Positions 1 through 12,630 of a stretch of 64,000 bases of DNA are shown one piece after another. Source of the DNA: Trichodelitschia bisporula (lineage: Eukaryota); the NCBI GenBank assembly GCA_010356995.1, contig ML996694.1, forward strand, positions 557,224-621,223, given 5' to 3'. How positions within the stretch are numbered: position 1 is the first letter of the stretch; every line of letters begins with the position of its first letter. The notes beneath the pieces were generated by a model, which saw only the letters and a program-made list of their open reading frames with translations, had not been told where the DNA came from and ran no database searches. A program made the position numbers and the translations under genes.

Positions 1-190
1 GAAGGATCAAAATTTTGACGCATCTGCAACTGGGTAAAGAGGCTCTAGGGTCACTTCATCGGGACCGGTTCTCGAGACGTTTATCATATGGCTAACCCAA
101 ATTGATACTACGGTACATGAGGCAGGCTAGCTAACCTTCGAACCAAAGAAAGTGGATATCATATGTACATCACGCCACTGTCACATTCAC

Positions 191-1395
191 CTAGAAGATG
201 GCAAGAGCATTAGGCGGCGATCCAACAGCGCCAGGAACGTTCAACGGTACAGACGTTAGCAGGAAAGTGTACCGCTTGACCTTGTTAGCGTATTCCGAGA
301 GCGCCTTCAAGTCCCACAGCTCGCCGATAGGTAAGCCGAACAAGCTCAAGAAGTACTGGTGGAGCACTGATCTTGTTAGCAAAGCCACCATCCTCACACC
401 GACCCACCTACCTAGCGAAGCGATTCCCTTCTCCTCGCCATTCACAACCGGTGGCAGCGCCTCAAACGCAATCGCATCGCCTGCGACAGCCGCGAAGTGC
501 TTATTCCAAAACCAGCGCGCCGACTCCTCCGTACCATCCACGCCGACCGTGCGGTGCGTGCCCAGCGCCTTCTCCTGCTCTTCCGCGTTCATGGCGCCCA
601 GTGCTTCGGTGAAGCCCGTCCGGATGATAATGATGTCGCCAGTCTTGAACGCGGTGCCCTGTGCTGCAGCCACGGCCTCGAGTTCCTTGACGGTGACCCG
701 GTGCGACTCGAACGGCGAGTACTTGATCCCCTGCGCATCGGCCCAGGCCTTGTAGTCGATGAAGACGCCACGGCCGACGAGCCCACCACGGGCGTGCCAG
801 TCTGGGGAGTGGTTAGAAGGGGAAATGCAGAAAGTGAAAAGGGATGGTACGGTTCAGAGTAGGTATCAGCTGATCCCGATCGGTTTCGCCGAAGTTTTGC
901 ACCAGCGCGCTGACGTCTGTCTCCACGCCGTTGTAGGCTTTACCCGTGGGCTGGTGGTGAAAGTGAACTAAGGGGTAAGCAGCTACCATGGATGCTTTGC
1001 GAGCGTCGTACCGAGACTGTCCCACTGGCTGCTGCACTGCGTGTTGAACGACACCTCATCGTCAAAGCCATGAATGGGCAGCGGTGTGTCCATAAAGTTT
1101 ATGACCTTGTGGTCGAGGCCCTTGCGTAGGAAACCCGGCTTCTCGATTGCGCCGATCGGCCAGCTGGGACGTGGTTAGGAGCGCAGTGTCCGCGCGGGGC
1201 CGAGGGTACGCACTTCAAGGACACGGAAACACCGTCCTTGACCTCCTTGACGGCTTCCTTAACCACATCCGTGGTCAGCAGGTTGACCGTCCCAAACACG
1301 TCCTTCTTGCCATCCTTGTCAAAGAGGCCCCAGGCGCAGCCCTGCGGCATGCCCTCCACCTTGGGCAGGCTATCGAAGTCGGGGAGTCCAGCCAT
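191..1395 (-). CDS. Cyclase-family (kynurenine formamidase-like) metal-dependent hydrolase, about 5 exons
   Basis: Spliced translation gives CAWGLF..D..GTVNLLT, FNTQCSSQWDSL-VHF, HWHARGGLVGRGVFID, GDIIIIRTG, AVAGDAIAFE, GLPIGELWDL and GSPPNALAIF. Introns approx 1164-1213, ~970-1010, ~802-849 and 367-411. Confidence 0.9.
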
Positions 1396-1719
1396 AGTTA
1401 AAGCGCAAAGCGGAGAGTGATATTCAGATAGACTATATAGACAGAGAAAACAGCAGAAAGCACACAGGAACAGGACGAAATTGTACGGGGAGGGGAAACT
1501 TCAGTTATATCATAGCCTCGTCCCCACACCTACTCCTCCCGCCCGAAGTTATGACGGTGAGTAGCGCGACCCCACTTGGTGAGCATCGTGGCGTAGCCCC
1601 GGAATTAGTTGTCCTGGAGTGGAGCTCGATGAGTGTACGGCAATGTGATATCGACCCCCGCAGCGGGCCTTACCCCGCGCAAGGCGGAGGTGCTAAACAT
1701 TTTCCAGAAGCACACGCTC

Positions 1720-2076
1720 ATGTGCCGATTATCGTTGCTCTTCTCTTGCTTGCTTCTCACCACGGTGAATTGTAAGTACTTACTGCAAAGCTTTGCGAAT
1801 TCGTCCGTGTATGACGTCCTGCGGGATTCATCGCTTGATGACTTCATCCCACAGTATGTTCTACTAACCTTAGCCCTACCCCGCATTCTCGCGATCTTGA
1901 CGCAACCTTCGCTTGGCACGGGATCCAGCGATCCCGCGCATGATAAACGCGCTGTGCCCAACCACTTGAGCGTCTGCCGTATCACTATCACATACACCCG
2001 TCATGCTTGTTCTATTCTTCCATTCTTCCATGAGAACGCTTCTGGCTTGGGAGCGTGGACCAACGCTTCACGCTGA
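1720..2076 (+). CDS. Candidate small secreted protein (84 aa) or 5' part of a decayed gene
   Basis: ATG at 1720; hydrophobic signal-like MCRLSLLFSCLLLTTVNS; canonical intron 1772-1873 (GTAAGT...ACTAAC..TAG); Kex2-like KR site (AHDKR|AVP). Confidence 0.35.
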   Translation: MCRLSLLFSCLLLTTVNCKYLLQSFANSSVYDVLRDSSLDDFIPQYVLLTLALPRILAILTQPSLGTGSSDPAHDKRAVPNHLSVCRITITYTRHACSILPFFHENASGLGAWTNASR

Positions 2077-5000
2077 GGCTTCGTCTCTGACTGGTCGTTT
2101 GACAGGTACCGTACATACACTTGAGGCGAAATGGGATGATCTGATGGATCGGTAAGGCTACAAGTAAGTTCCATGTTTTAGTAAATGCAGCCGTAACCGT
2201 TCGTAGTGCAGTAATGGAAGCTGACCATAGATGCTACAGTGCATCGGTATCAATCATATAGACCGCTACGGATGTAGGCAGGGCTCTGTGCATTGATTGG
2301 TTATCCGTAACTGAGCCGTGGTGAACCGGGCCGAGTTGGAGCTTCCGAAACAAGCTCCGATGCCCGGCATCGCTTCTAGGCTTCAATGGAGCCATTTCCC
2401 GACAACGACACCATTTACCATATGATACACCTGAAGGCCGAGTAGGTGCTAACCAATGGCACCCGTTACAACTGTAGCCAGGTAGCCGCTGAAGCCAAAG
2501 ATCACCCCCCAAGTGGATTCCTGTAACATCCACGGCACAGCTTACTCGGCAAGACTTGTATCCAAAACAGACGCCTACAGTACGGCATACTCGGTACCAC
2601 GAACGCAAGATCCACGGTAGAAGCCTACCATCCGATGCGGTCCGAAGTTCCCGGCCAAAATAGTTGAATCTCGAGCAGACATAATTCCCGTGCCGAGCGG
2701 AGTTTCGCACTTTCGCGACACCCGCCGCTAGCCGTTCTGAAGTACGTCCGTAAATGCTTCGCAGTACAACATCTTTCCTGCTCTTCATATTTTTATTCCC
2801 TCTGGCAAACTCTGGCTAATGTCCAGCGTTGGATCAAGCCTCCGATATGACAAGTGGCTACGATAAGGGTGCCATTTTAATGTGCCCAAGTAAGAAGCGA
2901 GGATCAGATGCAATGCTCCGTAGCAAAGCAATCGGCGGTGCCGGTCCAAGAAATGGCCCAGCCGCATCTCAAATAGGGTACTGACACCTTAAGCATTATG
3001 GTCTTGAGCGCATGGATCCGGCAATTGTTCACTCATGCAAATGAAGGCGATTGGTTTGACTAAGAGAGGCTGCTTCCGATGCTATGAAGGAGGTGTTGAT
3101 TTACTACAAGATACGCGAATTAGCTACTTGCCAAAGGTGGTGAAGTGGGGATCGCTGGCACTACGAAGTTAACTCCATATTAACCTACCTCGACTCACCT
3201 GGGACCACCAACGAATTCCAACCTCCCCACTGAAAACTCGCTGTAATTCCCCAGTACTCTTTTCCAAGAACCATTTGACCGTATGATAACCCACAGAAAA
3301 CCCAAAGCAAATTCTCGGCTCCCTCTCATGCCGTTCAACAGGCGGATCGATCCCGGATACGGAGGTAGCCGGTGGCGACAGAGTTCGCGAAGGAGCGAGA
3401 TCCGATGTCGCTCGTCACTAGACTAGGTTGCAGTAATTCCCTTTCAGGTGACAATAGCCGAAGTCGCCTTTGATAACGCCTTGTGGGGGGCCACATGTGA
3501 CAAGCTCGTCGCCGTGTTTTGAGTCCCAATTCGCCAGCCTCGGCCTTACGCATCTCAGGTATTCCAAAGCCTTTGGACCATGATTTGTGTCCAGGCGAAA
3601 AGTTGCGGCTTTGCCGATGCATAGTATGTCTCGTCGTACGGTACGTAGTGGCATGAGGGGATGGGGCTCAAATGAAGTGTGTGCCCGGTCGGAGAGAACA
3701 ATGACTGGGAAGATGTCACATCGTGAAGATCGAGGGGATTCTTTAGGTAATCCGAAAAAAATGCAAGAGAACGGAAATGGCCACCTCGTGCCTCGCATTC
3801 GCGTGCCAGCATTGGCATCGTGAAGTAATCGAAGGAGGTCAAGAGTCAAATCCTGTGCCGCAGTGTGCAGAAATCTGACTGCCCTGGCGCTCTCTGGCAG
3901 AGTTCAAGTCTAGCGGAAGAGAGCGAACTCTCGGAGGGAGGGCACAGAGAGAGGAAAAGCGAAGTGTGCACGCGGCTCAACCGTATCCAGGGAGCCTGGC
4001 GAGAAAAATGGTCGGAGACCAGACATCGACCATGGCAAAGCGCGGTCGAGAGCAAGAAGCAAGGAAACGAATGGCTGCACCCTACCGTAATACAATAGAC
4101 AAATGTAACCGGAGGGCCGTAAGAGGAAACAAACGAGCCTCGCCTGATTTCCGTCTGCGTCGATGCCGATGGGATGTCCCGGCCGGCCACCAACTTTCAG
4201 TGGACAGCCCTACACCAACTCTGGGGGCAAGCCGAGTTTCTCAACACATCCCTTCACCCTTTTCACCAGTCGCTATTCTATCCTTCCCACCATTCAAGTG
4301 GACTTCAACGATCCGCCAGGAATTCCAGCATACATCTGCCTCAATAGGAACCAGTCCCATCAGTCAACGGAATCCCACCCGGGCAGCGGTAGCATTTCTC
4401 AAAGCGAGACTGAGAATCAGCTTGCTTCTCTAGAGCTTCACTGGCCCAGCTCTCAGACAAGAAGCATGTCTTGTCTGGAACAACATCGAAGATAGCTCTT
4501 GAGTCTATCGGGTTAGCCCCCTGGGGGACGAGCGGAGGTCGGAGCTGGCTCCGAGATCAGATTTCGGAGTCTCATTCCGAGAGGTGGTGAACTTGGCCAC
4601 ACTGAAAACACGCAAGGCGCTTCCTTCCACACTCTACCTGTCAGCAGTATTGTGATCTTCGCCTCCCCACAACTGCAACCACTGTCAACAGAAGCACAGT
4701 TCTACGTACCGCATCCCAAGCCGGCAGTTCACCTTCGTTGGAATACCACACATATTCCGTCCATATCGCGCGAACACTGGGCAGAGACAAACCCCTGGCG
4801 GCCCTTACAATCCGACAACAAACAGCCATCTACACCATTTCAGTAGTAGAAAAATCTTCACACCTACGTTGGGGGACGCATCGCCTGAATCATAATCCTG
4901 TAGATCCCCACCAATATCACATGGCGCTATGTCGACGAACGAACGCGTCTGTGATCCCAAGGCCAGTAGCGAAGGACACAACCTCCGCAAAAGCATTTCA

Positions 5001-5570
5001 AACCCAGCTGTGTAGACTGATGCTCATAAACAAAGCTACAGAGATGAAGACATTCAGCGGGTAGAGCAGGCCCCCATCATTTGTTGCTATGTGCCTACCC
5101 AGGTTGCTCCCCCCAAAAGCAGAAATCGATCAAACTGGTCGAAATCGTGAGTAACCCTTCCAATCATCTCAAGATGTTTCAACAACAGATTTCAAAAGGC
5201 AAAGGCTTCAGAACAATGCAGACACATCTCCTGTCACCTCCCAAGGATATCCAAACAATGCGCGAAGCATCATGACCGGCGGGGATTGATGGCACGGCTG
5301 AGCAGACAGCTTTGAAGCCCATAACTTCACTAGTTAGCAATGTCAGGTTGTTGTAAGTTAGTGAGAGTCGGAATAAATCGGTGAAACCAGGCTGACACCT
5401 TTCTCGACTCGCCAGAGTCCCGGAAGCACAACACCTCTTTTCCATTTCCCCCAGCTCTTACTTTCCTCGTCCCTCCCATTCTAACTCCACCATCAATAGC
5501 ATGCGGCGACTCCCTTCCCCATGGGCACCTTCCAAAGATCTTCCATCAACTGCCTCGCTGGTTCTTAGAT

Positions 5571-8094
5571 CTAGGGTCCATCATCGGTTACTCCCCAGAG
5601 CCTCGAAACCGCCGCCCACCCGAACTCCGCAGTCCCGTCCACAGCCTTAACATCTCGCAACCACTCGATCAGTGCCACAACGGTCTTTTCCGTATTCTTC
5701 ATAAGGAACCCGCCGTCAGGGCCAAGCAGATCACGCAGAATCTCGTTTTCAGTCGCAAGACGCAACAGGATCAGCACGCCCAAGAAGTTTTGTGTCCAGG
5801 CGAACAAATACGGCACCAGCCGCTTCTGGCTGCGACAAGGCTCCATGGCCACGGGCCAGAGCAAGGCAGCGCGTAAGCAGCACAAGGCATACTCGCGATC
5901 CGTTGTCGTCACGAGCGAAGGAAAGTGCAGGACCTTGTATACAAACGGTCGCGCCGCCAGATACTTGGCGTAATAGAAACGCGAGCGGAGCTGCGATAGG
6001 AGCAGCGCGTAGAGCGTCCGCGGATCCGAGGGTGATTCCAGTTGGCGGACTTCAAAGCTGAAAAGCGGCTCTGTCGTCTGCTTATTGTTGATCTCGGGAT
6101 ACGCATGCGGCTCCTCATCCGTCCATTGCAGGAGCGGGGGAAGCAGGTGTCGCCACTGCTCGAGTTGCGTGAGAAGCTCGGAGACAAGGGCAAGCGGGGG
6201 ATCGGGTGCTGGGGAGATCTCCACGTGGCTAGATGCTGCTGGCGGATTAGGGGTGGCAAATACATGGTTAGGAGGGAGTGGGGGAGAATTCGCAACTCAC
6301 TTGCGAAGATCATGACATGAATGCGAGTTATCAGCCTCCGGAGAGTTATCATTGCCATGAATTGCATGTGAAGTCCTTCTTCCCGTTGGTCAAACGGCGC
6401 GCTGTTGCCTGGAAGCGGTACTTGGCTTTCAAGGTCGCTGATTCCCGTTCGCGGGAGATCGAGGTCCATGTGATACCAGCTGCAGCAGCAGAAGCGGCAC
6501 ATCAGCAGGTGGCCAAAATCTCCGGGGAAGTTTACCTTTCCATGAGATTACACGTCCAGTAGGCTTTGATGATTTGCTGTCCGTAGGACGAGTCCCAGTC
6601 AATGTCGTCACTACGCACCAAATGAGTTGGTTTTTTTTACACAGAAGCAATATGCTGGGACCATCGTACCATGAAATCAATACTTGGAGCGTCATTGCGG
6701 CCGAAACAGAAGACCGCCAGAAATCCTAGAGCCCAGTCAACCATCTCGCTCCGCCTAACGTCTAGGACATCAGTGTACTCACAATATGTCTTGAGCATGC
6801 CTCAAAATATACGCTGGGCCGGGGAAACTCGTTATTCCTCCTTTCGGTTTGTGACTTCAAGACGGGGTGACTTACGCAAAGAGAACAAATATCTGTACAT
6901 TTTCAAGGCTCGTTTGGGTGCAAATCAATCCGAGCCGCTTGCGTGCCTCATTGAATAATTCCAATCCAGGCGGTCGCTTCCGCGATCCACCACGGAAGCC
7001 GCTCGGCGACAGGCCGTGGTGGTAGATTTCGACGGGTTCCTCGTATATTCCGGCATAAGCCATTTGGCCAAGGGCAAATACCAACAGCGCCAAAACAGAC
7101 GCTGTGTCGCCATAAGCGAAGCCGGTCTCGGCAACTGTCCGCAAAGCGCCTTCCTCGAACGAGTGGCGATCAAGAAGTGGATATAGAATGTTGAATGACG
7201 AGAAGTAGTTCTCCGTATAGTCCCCCATCAGTTGGGGGGATAAGCCTTCGAAAGACACTCGCGGTTCGTCATCATCGCCTATTCCTTCCGAAGGTACGAG
7301 AGTTGTCAGCGGTGCCACGCTGCAGGGCAGAGACCATGCGTCCTTCCTCAACTCAAGATTGATGAACCAATGCGTGCCCTCGGACTTGAGAAGTTTCAAT
7401 TCATTTGCCGGGTCAAAACCATACCGCTGGAAACACTCAAGGACTGCTGGCCACAGCAGAACCTTGTGAGGGGCGGTTAAATGCTGGTAAGAAGTAGGGA
7501 CATCAGGAGGGAGTCTTGGGTGTGAAGATTGGTCGGGTTGGTACTTGTCGGGAGCAACGTCCAGCTGCGACGATGCCCGACCATCGACAGTAGCGGAGGA
7601 TCCTGGGCCAATGGAGGGGGGAGAGGGGAAGCCGCCAGACGGAATGTCGGGGCGAGGCTCGAATAAACCGCTAGCAGGGTTAATCACCATCCCAATCACA
7701 TTCAGCTTGTTTTCCATCCTCGAGAGTTGGTCCATTATGTGCTGGATGCTCTTATCCTTTCTGTAAGTGGCAAACGAAGAAGGGGAACTCGTTAGTGGAA
7801 GCTCTTACTCCCAAGTGATTTCGCAATATCTCACTTCGTCGGTTGTGGTTCGCGATATGTGCATGCAACGTTGAGTCTCCGGCAGAGGCCGCATTTTGGA
7901 CGCTTTTCGTCACATTTGGACTTTCTAGTGCGACATGTTTCGCACGCCTGGGCGGCAATCGCTGCTCGCTCTCTCCTGCCATGCGTATCTTCGGAATTGC
8001 TGGATGCTGAAGCAGCGTTGCCAGAGAGCGGCGTATTGCCAGGCAAGGGATCGGAGCGCTTGCTGGCTCCCGGAGACGCAGCTTGTTGGCTCAT
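5571..8094 (-). CDS. Zn(II)2Cys6 fungal transcription factor, multi-exon
   Basis: Binuclear cluster [31 protein letters not shown]; middle region [25 protein letters not shown] and [11 protein letters not shown] in later exons; C-terminal [10 protein letters not shown]. Confidence 0.92.
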
Positions 8095-10136
8095 GGTGAA
8101 GACATGGTAACTGAGGGTTGTGGGAAGAAGTGGCGGAAGAAAAAATGCAAAGGCAAAGGAGTGGGTGGGTGGGGGGGCGGGGAGGGGGATATACATATAT
8201 GGCCACCCTCAAATCTCTACAATTGGACGATTGACGATATGCGTTCTACGCGGAGCGGGGCCAATATGTGCGAATACTTCAGAACGCATCGGAAAGAGGC
8301 CGCCAACTTGACTTGTCAAAACGGGTGGAAGTCATCTGCAGCAGATCGTCAATGATGGTGGACTATTCTGCCATGCTTAGAGACCATGGGGAGACCAGGG
8401 AGGCCTTTGAGCAGAAACTGGACTTCTGCAAAGGCATGGGGTACAGGTGCCTTTCCAGCGAATCGGAGTTCCCTCGTCGTCGTCTGCCCTCTCTTTGGGT
8501 GCCATGCGGAGAGCTGCCATGGGAAAGATACGTATCGGAGCTATGTTTCTCCTGGCATCGTCAACTGATGATAAAAATATTTATCTTTTTCTTTTGCCAC
8601 CGGCGAGCCGCTGCTTTAGCTTACCCTATGCTGCTCATCATACTCCGTAGAATGCTTTTGTCAAGCCATGTTGACCTGATGGCTTCGGCTTTTGCGAGCC
8701 TTCCGAGTGCCTCATCCATCCGGAGGCAAGTGACAGATATCCTTTTGACGTTCCGAATTGGAGATCATCGTCCTCTGCACATCGTCCGTCGCAGACGACA
8801 CCTCATGATGCAAAGCGAGATGTGTTAGTGACGATGGTGGGACCGTAGAGGAATTGTATTTGAGTCTGGGTGTAGGCTTATAAGACGGTTGGTTGGCCGG
8901 GTGGGAGACAAGTTGAAGAGGTTTTCAGCTCCGCGAGATGTGGACAGGATGTTTCGAGCTGCCACACGGCCAGGCGAAACGTACTCCGTAGCGTTTAATA
9001 GCGAAACGTCACTACCGTACCAACTGCATGTTTCGTCGGAGGCGTATTTGGCGAATGTCGAACCAAATGTGCGTTGTATAGTACGTACCGTGGTGGATTT
9101 ATATGATGTGAAGATTTATAGTGGTGAGGGAGATGACGTGGAAAGTTTTGCTTAGGCGAAGTCGTGGAGAGATGCTGAAAAGAGGGAGAAGGGAGAAGGA
9201 GGAACCTGAAGGAACTGAAGAGAGGAGATTATCGAATTTGAAGCGCTTCAGGACCAGTACTCGTAGCTGAAGTTTCCAAGTGCTCCATCGTGACTACCAT
9301 CCTACTCATCACAGCAACTCCCTCCTTATCGGCCAAGACTATTTCTTTCTTTGTCACTTCCCTTCCACTAAGATATCTCCTTCAAACGGACCTCCCTTCA
9401 CCCTCCCTAGTCCTTTCGTCAGTGAATGTTCCACTCTTCTCGGCTTGTACCGTATTTGGTGAGAGCCGACAACGTCGTACACATCTCCAACAGTCAAGTC
9501 TTCCCGTCTTGTGTCCCCGTTTTGTGTTCGCCTGTCACCCACTACACCCGCCCTTTCATCTCCTTCGTTACCACTTTCGTTCTTCCTCTCTCCCAATCTT
9601 CACCTTCTGGCCTCCCCCTTTATCTCCCTATCTCAAGACTCCCCTTTCCGACATCTTGACACCCTACTAACTCTATACATTGTCGATCAGTCTCCCCCAG
9701 TTCGGCATCCAGATGCCCCCCCGTGCCTTCTTCCCTTGCTTAACACCAACCACCATGCCTCTCACCAACCCCCACTCATCATTCCAAACGCGTCCCCCAC
9801 GGAAAGTGACCTTACCAACGCGTCTTCCCGCGCCCCAAGCTACCATCCCTTGCTGGTCCCGCACCACCCGCGCAACCCTCGCACAGAGCTACTCTACAAT
9901 CCGTCTCATCGCCCCCCCATGAGCCCAGCCCAACCTCACGGTGCCCCTCGCACGGAGTAGACGGCCCAACTTAATAAAGCCAGTCATCACGTCCCTTTCG
10001 ACTCTCCCCTTCCCATCCGTATCCCGAGTCTGATTCGTTCTCTCCCTCGTTTCTCGCGCCCAGTCTTTCGTTCCCCAGCAGCAAGTCTGCCCCCTCTCTA
10101 GCAGAGTATTCAAGTAAAAACAAAAAAGAAAACATC

Positions 10137-10620
10137 ATGAAGCTCTCTCTCCCCTCTCCCCAGGGCCGGTACCCCCACTCCTTTCTCAAGGCTCTAACCC
10201 TCGCCCTGCTCCTAACGAGCGCAACCTCCTCCCCGATCCCGCTATCCGAAGTCGACGAGCTCCGCGCCGAAGGTCTATCAGAGGTAAGCCCTTCGACCGC
10301 AACCACTCCATCCCTGACAGCCCCAGCGTGACATTCTTTCCCACTTCCACACCTCGCACCCCACGCCCGCGCTTGAGCGCACCACCGCCCCGAATCGTGG
10401 TGTTGACACCGAGGGCGATGTGTCGCCGGGCGTGCCGCAGCTGAGCTTCAACACCATGGTCTTTGTTGACCGGCTGTCGGGGCTTCTTGATGGAGTGGTG
10501 CGCGCGGGGCCTGGAGCCGAAGGCGAGGGCACTGCCACCGACGCCTATGAGGGCATGGCTGATGAGGTGGAGCGGCCGCGCTGGGTGTTCAAGTGGTTTG
10601 GCGCTAGCGGGCGGGCTTGA
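10137..10620 (+). CDS. Small, probably secreted orphan protein (146 aa, 2 exons)
   Basis: A-rich leader then ATG; hydrophobic FLKALTLALLLTSATSSP; intron 10284-10326 (GTAAGC...CTGAC..CAG) joins the 10137 ORF in frame to the ORF ending at 10620. Confidence 0.7.
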
Positions 10621-10877
10621 TGGGACAGGCGTCAGCTGCCACCGGCTTTTGGCCAGGAAAGAAGCTGGGAGATGCATGAGTGGGATGGGACTCGGCTTAG
10701 TTTCGCTATAGACATGAACTATCGACGAAAAATGGACGAACCGAGCGGAGCATCATGATCCCTACCAATTCCATCGGGTTGCGTCAGCCTAACTACGACA
10801 CCATGCGCCACCCAGTTAACCTTGATCCGGTTGCGAGAAAAAAGCAACAAGGGAATGCTGTATTCGAGACCGCCGCC

Positions 10878-11985
10878 TTACACACCCATCGTGAAGTCGT
10901 ACTCGATGCCTGGCGTCACGCTAGCCATGAACTTGAGGAAGACCACCAGGTACTGATCTACCCGGATGGCAACCTCTTCCTCTTCCTCGCCCTTCCCCGG
11001 CTCCTGCAACACCTCCCACTCATCGCCATCCTTGGGTTTGTTGCTCTCGAGCACACCTGAAAGCTGCATCGACTTCATGTTGTCCACCAGGCCTTCCAGT
11101 CCTGTGATAGGTCGCCCTGTAGCGGTACCCTCTTGGCCGCTTCGCAAGCGCTGCATACGTAGCTTGAGGGCGGCATCGGCGCGATCGAGCAGAGCCTTCA
11201 TGACGGCGGCGTGCTTGCAGGGGTGTACCGACGCCATCTTGAGAGCAGACTCGAAGAATGGAAAGTCTTCAAGCGTCACCGTCTTCTCCTTGTAGTCGCC
11301 GACTATATCCTCCATCATACTAGGTGGTGATAGGGGCTCGGAGCGCGAGTTGTAACCAGACAAGTAGAGGCGTGGTGTTCGATAGTAGGGCGAGTACATG
11401 ATGTACAGGTTGTAGGTGCGTGAAGGCCTGCGTTAGTCAGTACGGGACTGTGAAGAAAAAGAACGATGGAACTTACCCGTCATCGCCCTCACCTCCATCG
11501 CGGATGATGGCCTCCTCGTCATCCTCTTCATCCTCCATATCCGGGATATCCTCTTCCTCATCACCCAGCTCACCCAAGCGCCCGCTCTCATCCACAGTTC
11601 GCACATCCTTCACACGTGCCTCCTGACTGGCAGCCATCCCGCCTGTACGCAGCCACCCCTCATCGTCGCCACCTGGGACATCAAGTCCATCACGCACGAT
11701 GGTTTCGTCAGTTCCAGCGTCGCCCGCAAAATCGTTGTTCAACCGCCGGGGGCAAGGCACGCCGCGAGTGACGAGAAACTGCTTCCCTTCAGGCAGGTAG
11801 GCAACTCGACGTGAGGGGTGCGAAGCGTCGCTCCATGACCAAGAGGGAAACTTATAGACGAGGAAGTCGCCCGCGAGAAGGAACTCTTCAGGTGTGATTT
11901 GCCCCGTGCTTCGGAATGTGCTGGTATGGCGTACGGGGGTATACCGGTCACGGATGGAGTTGACGGTGCTGTAGAGGTAGTTCAT
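10878..11985 (-). CDS. ATG3: Autophagy E2-like enzyme Atg3
   Basis: [51 protein letters not shown], catalytic [20 protein letters not shown]; intron 11428-11476. Confidence 0.97.
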
Positions 11986-12630
11986 TTTCACGGTGGCGAT
12001 CGTTGTAGGAGAGGAGGTGGTATAGAAGTAAAGTGGGAGCAAATAGCTAGCAGCCCAAAGACGCGGCTTTGTGCGGTCGTCCGCTCTAGGCAGATGCACT
12101 GCTGAAAGGTGGGGTTGGGGTGGAGTCGAGATGGTGGGGTTCGCAGTTGCTCGCTCGTACGGGGCCAAGCCAAGATGATGCACCAATAGATTGCGGGGTT
12201 AAGGCTCGTGGTCGATGTGTTCGCTGGTCCTGCGATGATGATACTGCGTATTGTGTAGACACAGTAAGGTGTGAGGTTTTCAAGGGCGTGGTGGAAGTAT
12301 CGTGCTGATATTGTTGGGAGTTGGGGGCTGAGTGAGGAGGTTGGAAGGTCAAAGAGAGGTTGGAGAGTGGTGGGGGTCAGTGACAGGAGGGAGTGAGATG
12401 GACTACTACGCCGGTTCGGTGACCGCTTTGGCCCTTGAGTTTGTCTGCCTGGGCCAGCCTGCAAAATGCCAGCCACCTGAGCGCACGGATCACGTTCACA
12501 CCTGGTTAACCTTACTCACTCATCTCCAGTTCACCAGTCCACTGCATGTGCACTTGTACTAGTCACACGATAACTACGCTGAGATGCACCGGCGCCCAGA
12601 GCCAAAAGAGAAACCCCCAATGCTCTGATT

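Noticed and set aside
3300..5450. Overlapping 60-155 aa ORFs as a gene or transposon relic
   Set aside because: No recognisable domain, no consistent exon chain and no terminal repeats.
8268..9960. Protein-like ORF fragments divergent from the Zn2Cys6 gene
   Set aside because: Could not be joined into an intact spliced model and show no recognisable homology; possibly a decayed gene, but unsupported.
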